A DNA stretch of 55,547 nt, taken from a virus (Duplodnaviria; Caudoviricetes). This document shows, in pieces, positions 1 through 8,671 of this stretch (position 1 is the stretch's first letter; each line of letters opens with the position of its first letter). The notes under the pieces were generated by a model. That model saw only the letters and a program-made list of their open reading frames with translations. It was not told where the DNA came from and searched no databases. The DNA lies in the IMG/VR virus record IMGVR_UViG_3300027710_000820, positions 1 to 55,547 of that record; one strand, written 5' to 3'. The translations under genes were made by a program, and so were the position numbers.

Positions 1-453
1 GTAACAGTAGTAGTAGGTGCTGATCAAGTTAATGCTTTCCAATACCTAGTGCGTCCAGATAAGTCTGGTGTTGAACCGTATAAACAATTTGGCTTAGACA
101 GCATGAACGTTATTGCTCGTCAAGAAACAAATGACCCTAGCAAAGATGAAGAAGGTCCACGTGCTACGCCAATGCGTCAAGCACTAATTGATCCTAACAT
201 GAATGACCAAGAGAAATTTGCAGTATGGCGTGATGCAATGAGTCCTGAACTAAGTGATCAAGAAGTACGCACTTTGATGGCCACTGCATTACAGCGTATG
301 CAAGATTTTAGTAAACCTAAGCCAAGAGTAAAAAAAGAAAAAGCAGTTGGTGAAGAAGCCGCAGGTGTTGGCATTGTTACAAAACAAAACACAACTGCCG
401 ACGTTGGTCCTGGCACATTAAACAAAATGCTTAAGGCATTTAGATTAAGATGA
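1..453 (+). CDS. Partial (5'-truncated) cytidylyltransferase/nucleotidyltransferase-like phage protein
   Basis: Frame 1 is open from base 1 (VTVVVGADQVNAFQYL...), so the ORF begins before the window. VVVGxD and RATPMR resemble the VVGSDR and SASKMR motifs of phage cytidylyltransferase-like proteins. Confidence 0.5.
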   Translation, partial: VTVVVGADQVNAFQYLVRPDKSGVEPYKQFGLDSMNVIARQETNDPSKDEEGPRATPMRQALIDPNMNDQEKFAVWRDAMSPELSDQEVRTLMATALQRMQDFSKPKPRVKKEKAVGEEAAGVGIVTKQNTTADVGPGTLNKMLKAFRLR

Positions 454-743
454 AACAATATAGGATTACTACTGATCATCTAAATCAGGATAGTTCTGAT
501 GATTGCTATCTAGATCCTAATGATCCCATTCACGAATTAAAAGCAATCCAGCATTTAGCTGGGTTAGGCAGCACTGCAAGACTACAAGAATATAGAGGTT
601 TGCAGGGTAGCAACATTAGTGGTACAGGCGATAACAAAGGCCAACTAATGAAGCAAAATAATATAAAGCCCGGAACCCCAGAATGGTTTCAGCTTTGGTT
701 TAGTTTACCTTATATGACTGGCGAAAAGCCTGTTGGTAAGTAA
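450..743 (+). CDS. Hypothetical phage protein (97 aa)
   Basis: ATGA overlap with the upstream stop; no family recognised. Confidence 0.7.
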   Translation: MKQYRITTDHLNQDSSDDCYLDPNDPIHELKAIQHLAGLGSTARLQEYRGLQGSNISGTGDNKGQLMKQNNIKPGTPEWFQLWFSLPYMTGEKPVGK

Positions 744-774
744 CCAAATAAATACACTACATTGGAGAACAAAT

Positions 775-1407
775 ATGGAATTTGATTTTGATTTCACTTT
801 AGAAAAACTTGCGGCATGCTTACATAAGAACAAAAACCCACAACCTTGGTTTGAAGCATTAAACAAGTACTTGCCACAGTTTGAAATTAATACGCCTGCT
901 CGTGTTGCTGGCTTTGTAGCACAGTGTCAACATGAAAGTGCTGATTTTACTATCCTACAAGAAAACTTAAATTACAGCGCAAAAGGCCTTAACGGTACAT
1001 TCCGTAAATACTTTGTAACAGAAGAAGTAGCTAAACCCTACGAACGCAAACCAGAAATGATTGCTAATCGTGTGTACAGTGGACGCATGGGTAATGGTCC
1101 AGAAGACTCAGGTGACGGTTGGAAATACCGTGGACGTGGACTAGTTCAGTTGACTGGTAGGTCAAACTACACAGCGTTTAGCCACGATGTATTTGGTGAT
1201 GACCATGTGGTCGAAAATCCAGATTTAGTAGCACACCCAGAGTATGCTACATTGAGTGCTTGCTGGTTCTGGAACAAAAACAAATTAAATCAATGGTGCG
1301 ATGCTGGCGACGTAGTAACACTAAGTAAACGTATCAACGGCGGCACTATTGGACTTGATGACCGTATTGCTCATTGGAATCAAGCATTAGAGATTTTTGA
1401 AAGTTAA
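775..1407 (+). CDS. Glycoside hydrolase family 19 endolysin/lysozyme
   Basis: GH19 motifs QCQHES, YRGRGLVQLTGRSNY, SACWFW and INGG..GL.DR. ATG at 775 follows a GGAGA RBS. Confidence 0.9.
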   Translation: MEFDFDFTLEKLAACLHKNKNPQPWFEALNKYLPQFEINTPARVAGFVAQCQHESADFTILQENLNYSAKGLNGTFRKYFVTEEVAKPYERKPEMIANRVYSGRMGNGPEDSGDGWKYRGRGLVQLTGRSNYTAFSHDVFGDDHVVENPDLVAHPEYATLSACWFWNKNKLNQWCDAGDVVTLSKRINGGTIGLDDRIAHWNQALEIFES

Positions 1408-1408
1408 A

Positions 1409-1648
1409 ATGAAGGTCTGGGAAATATTACATGAAGAAGCAACTGCTGGTGCTACAAGTGCCGGCAATATTGCTGCCGTTGTAAGTCCGCACCTTGCTAT
1501 AGGTAGTAAATCACGTAGAAAAAAGTACGGTAAGGGCGGAAACCCCATGCCACCTAAAGCAAAACAGGCTAAGAATAAAGACGGAACTGCTAAAAATGCA
1601 TTGGATATCAAGACCAGCATTTTTGGCGGATCGCCCTTAAAACGCTAA
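1409..1648 (+). CDS. Small basic hypothetical protein, possible head-internal protein
   Basis: Starts MKVWEILHEEATAGATSAG. Carries an N-terminal LxE site and a K-rich remainder. Start is uncertain (1397 or 1409). Confidence 0.6.
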   Translation: MKVWEILHEEATAGATSAGNIAAVVSPHLAIGSKSRRKKYGKGGNPMPPKAKQAKNKDGTAKNALDIKTSIFGGSPLKR

Positions 1649-1672
1649 ATATACTATAAACGGAGTTTAAAC

Positions 1673-2758
1673 ATGCACATCGATATGCAACCACAAATGG
1701 ATAACAGACCAGACAACGAAGGCGCAATGGCCAAAGCTGATCTTTACAAACTAGCAAACTACAGCTTAAAACTATTTAAAATGATGGAGGCCGATGCACA
1801 ACTAGAAGGTTGGGTACAAGCTAAAATTACAAAAGCGGCTGATTATATTGCTTCAGTATACCATTATTTAGAATATGAAATGAAGTTTAGTGAGTACGGA
1901 CAAGCTATCGATAACAATGACGTTTATACTGAATCACAAAAGCGACAACTAAAGAATAAACTCTTAGAAGCTAAAGAAAAGATTAAGGATCTTAAGAAGG
2001 CGCAAGCTGAAAAGGTCAAAAAGAAAGAAAAGAAAGAAGAACTTAGTGAAGCTCGCGCTACTGATAAAAAGAAAGGCGCAGTTACTAAGTCTGAAAAATC
2101 ACAATACTTTGCAAAAACAACAAGTAAAGACGGTAAAACCACTAAAGGTTCTACACATGAAGCTGGTGAAGGCGAAAGTGAAGGCGATGTAAGAGATCGT
2201 GTTGAGCGTGACGCTAGAAGCAAAGGCGAAACAGTTGATAGTTTCCGTAAAAAAGAATTAGACGAAGCTAAGAAAGCTAAAAAAGATTACGATAAAGACG
2301 GTAAAGTAGAATCTGAAAAAGACGAAGTTATTGGTTCACGTCGTAAGGCTGCTGGCCTAGATGAAACCAAAGGCAAAAAGCCAGACTTCTTAGATATGGA
2401 CAAAGATGGCGACAAGAAAGAGCCAATGAAGAAAGCAGTTGCTGATAAGAAAGGTGCTCCTAAGAAAGGTGTAAATCCTTTTGCTAAGACAAATGAAGCT
2501 ACTGATAAGTGCAACCATACTGCTAAAGGTAAATCATGTCCTGTACACGGTTTGAAAGAATGCGGTAGTATGTACGAAGCTAAACCAAGTGCTGGTATGT
2601 CAGCTAAAGAAAAATCAGCTGTTGCTAAAAAAGCAGTTGCTGGTAAAGACATTGGTAAGCCAGGCAAGTCATTCGACAAAGTAGCTAAGGCTGCTGGTGG
2701 TGGTGAGAAAGGTACTAGGATTGCCGCAGCCGCTATGTGGAAAAATCAAGCGAAGTAA
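1673..2758 (+). CDS. Highly charged low-complexity protein, probable head-internal/core protein
   Basis: 361-aa K/E-rich ORF with a GGAG RBS. Repeated LxE sites, two DxDxDG motifs and a C-x8-CPVHG-x3-C motif. Confidence 0.7.
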   Translation: MHIDMQPQMDNRPDNEGAMAKADLYKLANYSLKLFKMMEADAQLEGWVQAKITKAADYIASVYHYLEYEMKFSEYGQAIDNNDVYTESQKRQLKNKLLEAKEKIKDLKKAQAEKVKKKEKKEELSEARATDKKKGAVTKSEKSQYFAKTTSKDGKTTKGSTHEAGEGESEGDVRDRVERDARSKGETVDSFRKKELDEAKKAKKDYDKDGKVESEKDEVIGSRRKAAGLDETKGKKPDFLDMDKDGDKKEPMKKAVADKKGAPKKGVNPFAKTNEATDKCNHTAKGKSCPVHGLKECGSMYEAKPSAGMSAKEKSAVAKKAVAGKDIGKPGKSFDKVAKAAGGGEKGTRIAAAAMWKNQAK

Positions 2759-2760
2759 TC

Positions 2761-4149
2761 ATGGATATTAAAAAAATACTTTCTATTGTTGATGGTCCCG
2801 GTAAGCAAAGTCTTACTGAGAGCAAGAACATGGCCAAAGATATGGTCATGCAACATTATTCGACTCCAACAGTAAATGCTGTTACAAAATATCGTAGCAA
2901 TATTAACGAATACTTTAAAGCAGTTGATACTGAGATGCAGAGTGTATTGGAAGAATCAAAAGAACAAAAGAAAGTAGCAGTAAAAAATATCGTTAATCGT
3001 GTACTAACACGTTTGGACGAAAGCAAAACTGAAAAAGATTCACCAAAGCCACGTAACTTTGTTGCTAAAAATGCAAAGATGGGTGGTGCTGGTCAACACA
3101 AAGACAAAAAGAAAGCTGAGAAGCAGGGCGATGTAAAGCACAAGCAAAAACAGTTTGCTGAAGGTGTGGCGGAAGGCCGCTTTGGTGGCGATGCGTATGC
3201 CCGTGATTATGCTTCCAGTATTGATGGAATGGACGGCAGTGACAAACGTGATTTTAAACGTCGCGAAATGGAACACGAGTTAGGACACGAAACTAACAAC
3301 TATGCTGTTGCTATTAACGGTAAAACTTGGAAAGTGTTTGGAACAAGAAGTCATGCTGAAGCAGTGGCAAATAAAATACAAATGCGTGATCCAGCTAAAA
3401 AAGTAAGTGTACACGAAACTGGTGCACCAGTTAGTGAACAGTTGGCAGAAAGTTATGGAAGTGTTGAAGTTGGTTCACCAGTTAAAGTATACAGTAACGT
3501 ATTAAAGAAAACAGTATTTGGTAAAGTTGTAAAATTACAAGAAGGCCGTGCTTATGTTCAATATAATAATACAAAAATTGTTATGGGGCATCCAATCAAC
3601 GAAGTAGCGGCAGTGGCAGCGCCAGCGGCATCAATGGGCGGGAAGTTGGCAAGTAGGCTAGTTCCTGGATTAGGTTTGGCAGTTAGCGGATACGATGCGT
3701 ATGACCGTGCCAAGAAAGGCGACTATACTGGTGCGGCACTTTCAGGTGCGGCTGGTCTAGCAAGTTTAATTCCAGGTGTTGGAACAGCGGCTTCGATTGG
3801 TTTAACTGGCGCACAGTTAGCTAGAGATTACAAAAAGAAGACTGGTGCATTTGCTCCAGACGAAGCTGAACCAGGACAGGCAGCAACACCCGCTCCGGCT
3901 GGTAAGGGAACAATTCCAAACCCAACTAAATATCCAACAACTGATGCAGAAATTAGAGCATTCCAACAAGCAAAAGGTTTAGCTATTGATGGAAAGATTG
4001 GACCAAAGACACAGGCAGCATTAGATGCGGCTGGAATTAAAAAGCCAGCACAGGCAGCAACGCCCGCACCAACAGGAAGTAATGTGGCAGCGGCTGCGAG
4101 AACAGTTGCCCCGGCTGCTAGTGCTATTGCACAGCGAGCATTGAAATAA
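2761..4149 (+). CDS. Multi-module virion-like protein with C-terminal peptidoglycan-binding-like motif
   Basis: IRAFQQAKGLAIDGKIGPKTQAAL matches the PG_binding_1 pattern. Also has a Gly/Ala-rich hydrophobic segment and repeated LxE sites. ATG at 2761. Confidence 0.65.
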   Translation: MDIKKILSIVDGPGKQSLTESKNMAKDMVMQHYSTPTVNAVTKYRSNINEYFKAVDTEMQSVLEESKEQKKVAVKNIVNRVLTRLDESKTEKDSPKPRNFVAKNAKMGGAGQHKDKKKAEKQGDVKHKQKQFAEGVAEGRFGGDAYARDYASSIDGMDGSDKRDFKRREMEHELGHETNNYAVAINGKTWKVFGTRSHAEAVANKIQMRDPAKKVSVHETGAPVSEQLAESYGSVEVGSPVKVYSNVLKKTVFGKVVKLQEGRAYVQYNNTKIVMGHPINEVAAVAAPAASMGGKLASRLVPGLGLAVSGYDAYDRAKKGDYTGAALSGAAGLASLIPGVGTAASIGLTGAQLARDYKKKTGAFAPDEAEPGQAATPAPAGKGTIPNPTKYPTTDAEIRAFQQAKGLAIDGKIGPKTQAALDAAGIKKPAQAATPAPTGSNVAAAARTVAPAASAIAQRALK

Positions 4150-4165
4150 TTCAAGGAAAAAGAAA

Positions 4166-5554
4166 ATGGACTTACAAAAATTAATTGCAAAGATGGATCA
4201 AATTGAAGCTAAAGGTATTAACGAAGCTGGTGATCCTGCTGAATATGCTCGTGCTCAAGCGCAAATGGCTAATTTAGAAAAGGCTGCAAAGTATACAGGT
4301 GATGACGAAATTGTTCGTGGTCGTATGGGACTTCCGCCAAAACTTCCTCCAATTGAACAATGGGATGGAAAAATGCCACAACCAACAGGCAAACCTGATT
4401 GGATTGCACAATTAGGTGCTGGCGGCGGAATGCAACAAGCTCAACGAGCCGCTGTTACACAAAATAAGGCCGGTGATACTAGCGCCGCATTTGTTAAAGA
4501 TATGATTGCTAAGATTACTCCTTTATTGGCACAAGCTGAAAAAGAGATGGCTCCTGCGGCAGCTCCAACGGCAGCTCCTGCAACTGAGAATTTTAGAAGT
4601 GGCATTGCTAAAGCATTAACTGAAAGCTTAGGCTATAAGTTAAAAGAAGGTGCAATGGAAGAATTGCAACCATTAATGGCACAAGTAGCAGATATCGATG
4701 ATCCTGCAATCAAACCATTGCAAGACAGATATGCGGCGTTACTGAACAAACCAGCGGCAGGTGCGGCAGGCGGTGCGGCAGGCGGAGCGGCAGGCGGAAA
4801 AACTGTTGATCCAGCTAAACTAAAAAGATTTAAAGAACTGTTAGCTAAACTACAAGGTGCTAACGCACCAGCACAAGCGGCAGCTCCTGCGGCAGCTCCT
4901 GCGGCTACTGACCCAATTAGTGCAAACGCAGTACCAAAAGCAGAAGCACGTTTATCAGAAGCTGAAAAGTATGCTCAACTACGCGATAGATTAATAATGA
5001 TTGAACAACAAGAAGATCAGCAAGTTGATGAATTCTTAGGTGGTTTAGCAAAAGGTGCGGCAGCATTAGGTAAAGGTGTTATGAACGTTGGCAAGAACTT
5101 TGCTGGTGGTTTGCAAGGCGCCGCTACTAGTGGCGGTCGTACTGCCGCTGGTCAGTTTGCTAAAGCAAGTGGTGCGGCAAAAATGGCTAACACAGCAGGC
5201 AAGGTGATTGCTAAGAATCCAGTTAAGACAGCAGTAGCGGCTGGTGGTATTGGTGCGGCAGCTGGTTATGGTCTAAGTGGCGGTAAGCCTGGAGAAACAC
5301 CTCCAGCCCAAGGTGCTACTCCAGTTCCAGGCAAACCAGGTGCTCCAAAAGTACCAGGTGCTCCGGCAGCTCCAACAGCTCCAACAGCTCCAACAGCTCC
5401 AACAGCTCCAGCGGCATTATCTACAGAGGAAGAAGGAGAATTAGGAGTATTAGCTCAAGAGTTTGATGGCCTAATGGGACAAAGTCCTGAGTTAGATGCA
5501 ATGCTTTTACAATATGAAAAATTGCGTCCAGGTGCAATAAACGCACAACCGTAA
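4166..5554 (+). CDS. Ala/Gly/Pro-rich low-complexity protein, probable virion/internal protein
   Basis: 462-aa ORF with an AAGGA RBS and N-terminus MDLQKLIAKMDQIE. Contains AAGG and APT repeats and LxE/INE sites. Confidence 0.65.
   Translation: MDLQKLIAKMDQIEAKGINEAGDPAEYARAQAQMANLEKAAKYTGDDEIVRGRMGLPPKLPPIEQWDGKMPQPTGKPDWIAQLGAGGGMQQAQRAAVTQNKAGDTSAAFVKDMIAKITPLLAQAEKEMAPAAAPTAAPATENFRSGIAKALTESLGYKLKEGAMEELQPLMAQVADIDDPAIKPLQDRYAALLNKPAAGAAGGAAGGAAGGKTVDPAKLKRFKELLAKLQGANAPAQAAAPAAAPAATDPISANAVPKAEARLSEAEKYAQLRDRLIMIEQQEDQQVDEFLGGLAKGAAALGKGVMNVGKNFAGGLQGAATSGGRTAAGQFAKASGAAKMANTAGKVIAKNPVKTAVAAGGIGAAAGYGLSGGKPGETPPAQGATPVPGKPGAPKVPGAPAAPTAPTAPTAPTAPAALSTEEEGELGVLAQEFDGLMGQSPELDAMLLQYEKLRPGAINAQP
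4754..4798 (+). repeat. Imperfect 12-bp tandem repeat (GCGGCAGGCGGN) encoding (AAGG)n
   Basis: Sequence reads gcggcaggtgcggcaggcggtgcggcaggcggagcggcaggcgga. Confidence 0.75.
5367..5410 (+). repeat. Perfect 9-bp tandem repeat CAGCTCCAA (~4.9 copies) encoding (APT)n
   Basis: Units start at 5367, 5376, 5385, 5394 and 5403. Confidence 0.9.
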
Positions 5555-5563
5555 TTGGTATTT

Positions 5564-5591
5564 AAAATGGCAGGTAAATCCTGCCATTTTT
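5564..5591 (+). terminator. Intrinsic terminator-like hairpin, possibly bidirectional
   Basis: AAAATGGCAGG-taaat-CCTGCCATTTT is a perfect 11-bp inverted repeat ending in a T run, just after the stop at 5554. Confidence 0.8.
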
Positions 5592-5612
5592 ACCTTTAAA
5601 ATTTCTTAGGTG

Positions 5613-5641
5613 TTGACACTGCGAGATAATTAGTATATAAT
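5613..5641 (+). promoter_or_regulatory. Perfect sigma70-type promoter
   Basis: TTGACA (5613-5618), 17-bp spacer, TATAAT (5636-5641); upstream of the dsbA-like and polymerase genes. Confidence 0.85.
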
Positions 5642-5663
5642 AGGCTTATACAAGGAGAATTAC

Positions 5664-5921
5664 ATGTCAGGACGTTCATACGGCGCTGAGGAAAAGGCAA
5701 AACTAGAAAGATTAATCAACGAAGGCAGTACAGTATTGCGTGAGATTGAAGATTTAAACGAAGGTCTCAAAGATACTGTTAAGGCAGTTGCAGAAGAATT
5801 AAATATTAAGACTAGCGTTATTAATAAAGCAATTAAAATTGCCCATAAAGGCGATTGGTCTTCACATAATGAAGACTGGGCAGAGATCGAAGCTATTTTA
5901 GATATTACTAAAAAAATCTAA
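5664..5921 (+). CDS. T4 DsbA-like / GapR-like small dsDNA-binding protein
   Basis: 85-aa helical protein whose pattern (LINEG...IEDLNEGLKD...EELNI...INKAIKIAHK) parallels T4 DsbA. AAGGAG RBS. Confidence 0.6.
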   Translation: MSGRSYGAEEKAKLERLINEGSTVLREIEDLNEGLKDTVKAVAEELNIKTSVINKAIKIAHKGDWSSHNEDWAEIEAILDITKKI

Positions 5922-5942
5922 ATATAACTATACAGTAAGGTT

Positions 5943-5991
5943 TGACCAGCCACAAATGGTCACATTAGGTGTTTGTCAGCCGAAAATGACA
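5943..5991 (+). promoter_or_regulatory. Twin stem-loops abutting the DNA polymerase RBS; putative translational operator
   Basis: TGACCA-GCCACAAA-TGGTCA and TGTCA-GCCGAAAA-TGACA, both with 8-nt loops; the second is followed directly by TAAGGAG. Confidence 0.6.
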
Positions 5992-6003
5992 TAAGGAGAA
6001 TAG

Positions 6004-8670
6004 ATGAGCTATGTAGACGCATGGTTCGACCGAGAGAACGATATGGTTCGTGTGGTTGAACGCAACAAAGCAGGCAAGAGGGAATTTAGAGACATTCCAG
6101 CCCGCTACACATTTTACTACGAAGACGCTAAGGGCAAGCATACAAGCATATATGGCACCCAGGTTACAAAAGTCGTATGTAAAACACAAAAAGACTTCCA
6201 CAAAGAATTAAAAATACATTCAAACAAAAAGATATATGAAGCTGATATTAATCAGGTATTTGTATGTTTAAGTGAGAATTACATTAATGCTGAGCCTCCA
6301 AAGCTAAACGTAGCTTGGTGGGACATTGAGGTGGACTTTGATCCAGAAAGAGGTTATGCATCACCAGATGATGCATTTATGCCGATTACTGCTATCGCTG
6401 TTCACCTACAATGGTTAAACACTATGGTCTGTTTGGCAGTTCCGCCAAAGACGATGACCATGGAACAGGCAAAGGAAGTAGTCAAAGATATTCCAGATAT
6501 GATGCTGTTTGATAACGAAGCAGACATGCTGGATACATTCCTAGACTTAATTCAAGACGCAGATGTTATTAGTGGCTGGAACAGTGAGGGATTTGATATT
6601 CCTTATACTGTTAACCGTGTTACTAAAGTATTGAGCAAAGAAGACACAAGACGGTTTTGTTTGTTTAATCAATTTCCTAAACGCAGAGAATATGAGAAGT
6701 TTGGTAAAACTGCCGTAACATACGATCTTGTTGGTCGTGTACATTTGGACAGTTTAGAGTTGTATCGTAGATACACTTATGAAGAACGACACACATATCG
6801 ACTGGATGCCATTGGTGAACTAGAAGTAGGCGAAAACAAAGTTCCATATGAAGGCAGTTTGGATCAACTGTATAACAATGACTTCCGTAAGTTTGTAGAG
6901 TACAACAGGCAGGATACTGCATTGTTGGATAAAATGGATAAGAAGTTAAAGTTCATGGATCTTGCCAACACATTGGCACATGAAAATACAGTATTGCTAC
7001 AAACAACAATGGGCGCGGTTGCTATGACCGAGCAGGCTATTATTAACGAAGCACATCGTAGAGGATTTGTTGTACCTAGCAGAACTAAAATGAGTGAGCG
7101 TGAAGATAGTGCGGCGGCTGGTGCGTATGTTGCTTATCCTAAAGAAGGTATTCATGACTGGATCGGTTCTTTAGACGTTAACAGTCTGTATCCCAGTGCT
7201 ATTAGAGCACTTAACATGGGTCCAGAAACTATTGTTGGGCAGTTGCGTCAAACAATGACTCAGGAATACATCGATAACCAACTTGCTAAAGGCAAAAGTT
7301 TTGCGGCTTCATGGGAAGGTAAATTTGGTAGTGACGAATACACTGCTGTGATGAGTAAAGAAGTTGGTACTGATATTACTGTTGACTGGGAAGGCGGTGA
7401 CACTGATGTGCTAAGTGCCGCAGAAGTGTATCGATTAATCTTTGAAAGCAATCAACCATGGATGATTAGTGCTAACGGTACTATCTTTACCTATGAAAAA
7501 GAAGGTGTAATTCCAGGCTTGCTCAAACGTTGGTATGCTGAACGTAAAGAGATGCAGGCCAAACTAAAAGAATGTATCAAAGCAGGTAACAAAGTAGAAG
7601 AAGAATACTGGGACAAGCGACAACTAGTTAAGAAAATTAACTTGAACAGTTTATACGGTGCTATTCTTAATGCAGGTTGCAGATTCTTTGATAAACGCAT
7701 CGGACAAAGTACTACATTAACTGGTCGTCAAATTGTTAAGCACATGGCTGCTAAGGTTAATGAGATTATCACAGGAGATTATGATTACCGTGGCAAATCT
7801 GTTATATACGGCGATACTGATAGTTGCTATTTTTCTGCTTATAAGACGCTTAAGAAAGATATCGACTCGGGGGCGATTCCGTGGACGAAGGAAACCGTAA
7901 TTGGTTTGTATGATCAAATTGGGGAAGAAGTTAACGGCACGTTCCCGCAATTTATGTTAGACAATTTTCATTGTCCGAAGTCACGTGGTGAAGTTATTAA
8001 AGCAGGTCGTGAGATTGTTGCAAGTAAAGGACTGTTTATTACTAAAAAACGTTATGCAGTTTTGTATTATGACAAAGAAGGCAAGCGTAGTGACGTGGAT
8101 GGCAAGCCTGGTAAGATCAAGGCCATGGGGTTGGATCTCAAGCGTAGTGATACTCCAGTGTTTATTCAAAACTTTTTAAGTGATGTACTGGAGAAAGTGC
8201 TTACAGGTGCAACTGAAAAAGAAGTACTTGAGCACATTACTGCATTTAGGACAGAATTTAAAGCACGTCCTGGTTGGGAGAAAGGTAGTCCACGTAGGGC
8301 TAACAACGTCACCGAGTACGAAGAAAAAGAAAAGAAAGCGGGTAAGGCCAATATGCCAGGTCATGTTCGTGCAAGTATTAATTGGAATACACTAAAACGT
8401 ATGTACCAAGACAAGTACTCCACTAACATCACAGACGGTGCTAAAGTAATTGTTTGCAAAATCAAAGACAACCCAATGGCATATACTAGTGTTGCATACC
8501 CTGTTGATGAGTTGCGGTTGCCACAATGGTTTAAGGATTTGCCGTTTGACCATGCTGAAATGGAAGCTACAATTATTGACAACAAGCTGTCTAACTTAAT
8601 TGGTGTACTTAAATGGGACGTACAAAGCACAGAGGAGAAGAACACGTTTAATAAACTGTTCGAGTTCTAA
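6004..8670 (+). CDS. Family B DNA polymerase (T4 gp43-like) with 3'-5' exonuclease
   Basis: Exonuclease motifs DIE, GWNSEGFDIPY and YNRQD. Polymerase motifs DVNSLYPS, KINLNSLYG, YGDTDS and KKRYA. Confidence 0.97.
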   Translation: MSYVDAWFDRENDMVRVVERNKAGKREFRDIPARYTFYYEDAKGKHTSIYGTQVTKVVCKTQKDFHKELKIHSNKKIYEADINQVFVCLSENYINAEPPKLNVAWWDIEVDFDPERGYASPDDAFMPITAIAVHLQWLNTMVCLAVPPKTMTMEQAKEVVKDIPDMMLFDNEADMLDTFLDLIQDADVISGWNSEGFDIPYTVNRVTKVLSKEDTRRFCLFNQFPKRREYEKFGKTAVTYDLVGRVHLDSLELYRRYTYEERHTYRLDAIGELEVGENKVPYEGSLDQLYNNDFRKFVEYNRQDTALLDKMDKKLKFMDLANTLAHENTVLLQTTMGAVAMTEQAIINEAHRRGFVVPSRTKMSEREDSAAAGAYVAYPKEGIHDWIGSLDVNSLYPSAIRALNMGPETIVGQLRQTMTQEYIDNQLAKGKSFAASWEGKFGSDEYTAVMSKEVGTDITVDWEGGDTDVLSAAEVYRLIFESNQPWMISANGTIFTYEKEGVIPGLLKRWYAERKEMQAKLKECIKAGNKVEEEYWDKRQLVKKINLNSLYGAILNAGCRFFDKRIGQSTTLTGRQIVKHMAAKVNEIITGDYDYRGKSVIYGDTDSCYFSAYKTLKKDIDSGAIPWTKETVIGLYDQIGEEVNGTFPQFMLDNFHCPKSRGEVIKAGREIVASKGLFITKKRYAVLYYDKEGKRSDVDGKPGKIKAMGLDLKRSDTPVFIQNFLSDVLEKVLTGATEKEVLEHITAFRTEFKARPGWEKGSPRRANNVTEYEEKEKKAGKANMPGHVRASINWNTLKRMYQDKYSTNITDGAKVIVCKIKDNPMAYTSVAYPVDELRLPQWFKDLPFDHAEMEATIIDNKLSNLIGVLKWDVQSTEEKNTFNKLFEF

Positions 8671-8671
8671 T

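Noticed and set aside
4754-5410. Short repeats considered as a CRISPR array or DGR repeats
   Set aside because: They are in-frame coding tandem repeats with no spacers, and no cas or reverse transcriptase gene is present.
6004-8670. Intein or intron in the DNA polymerase
   Set aside because: The 888-aa length and motif spacing are normal; no splicing or homing endonuclease motifs are seen.
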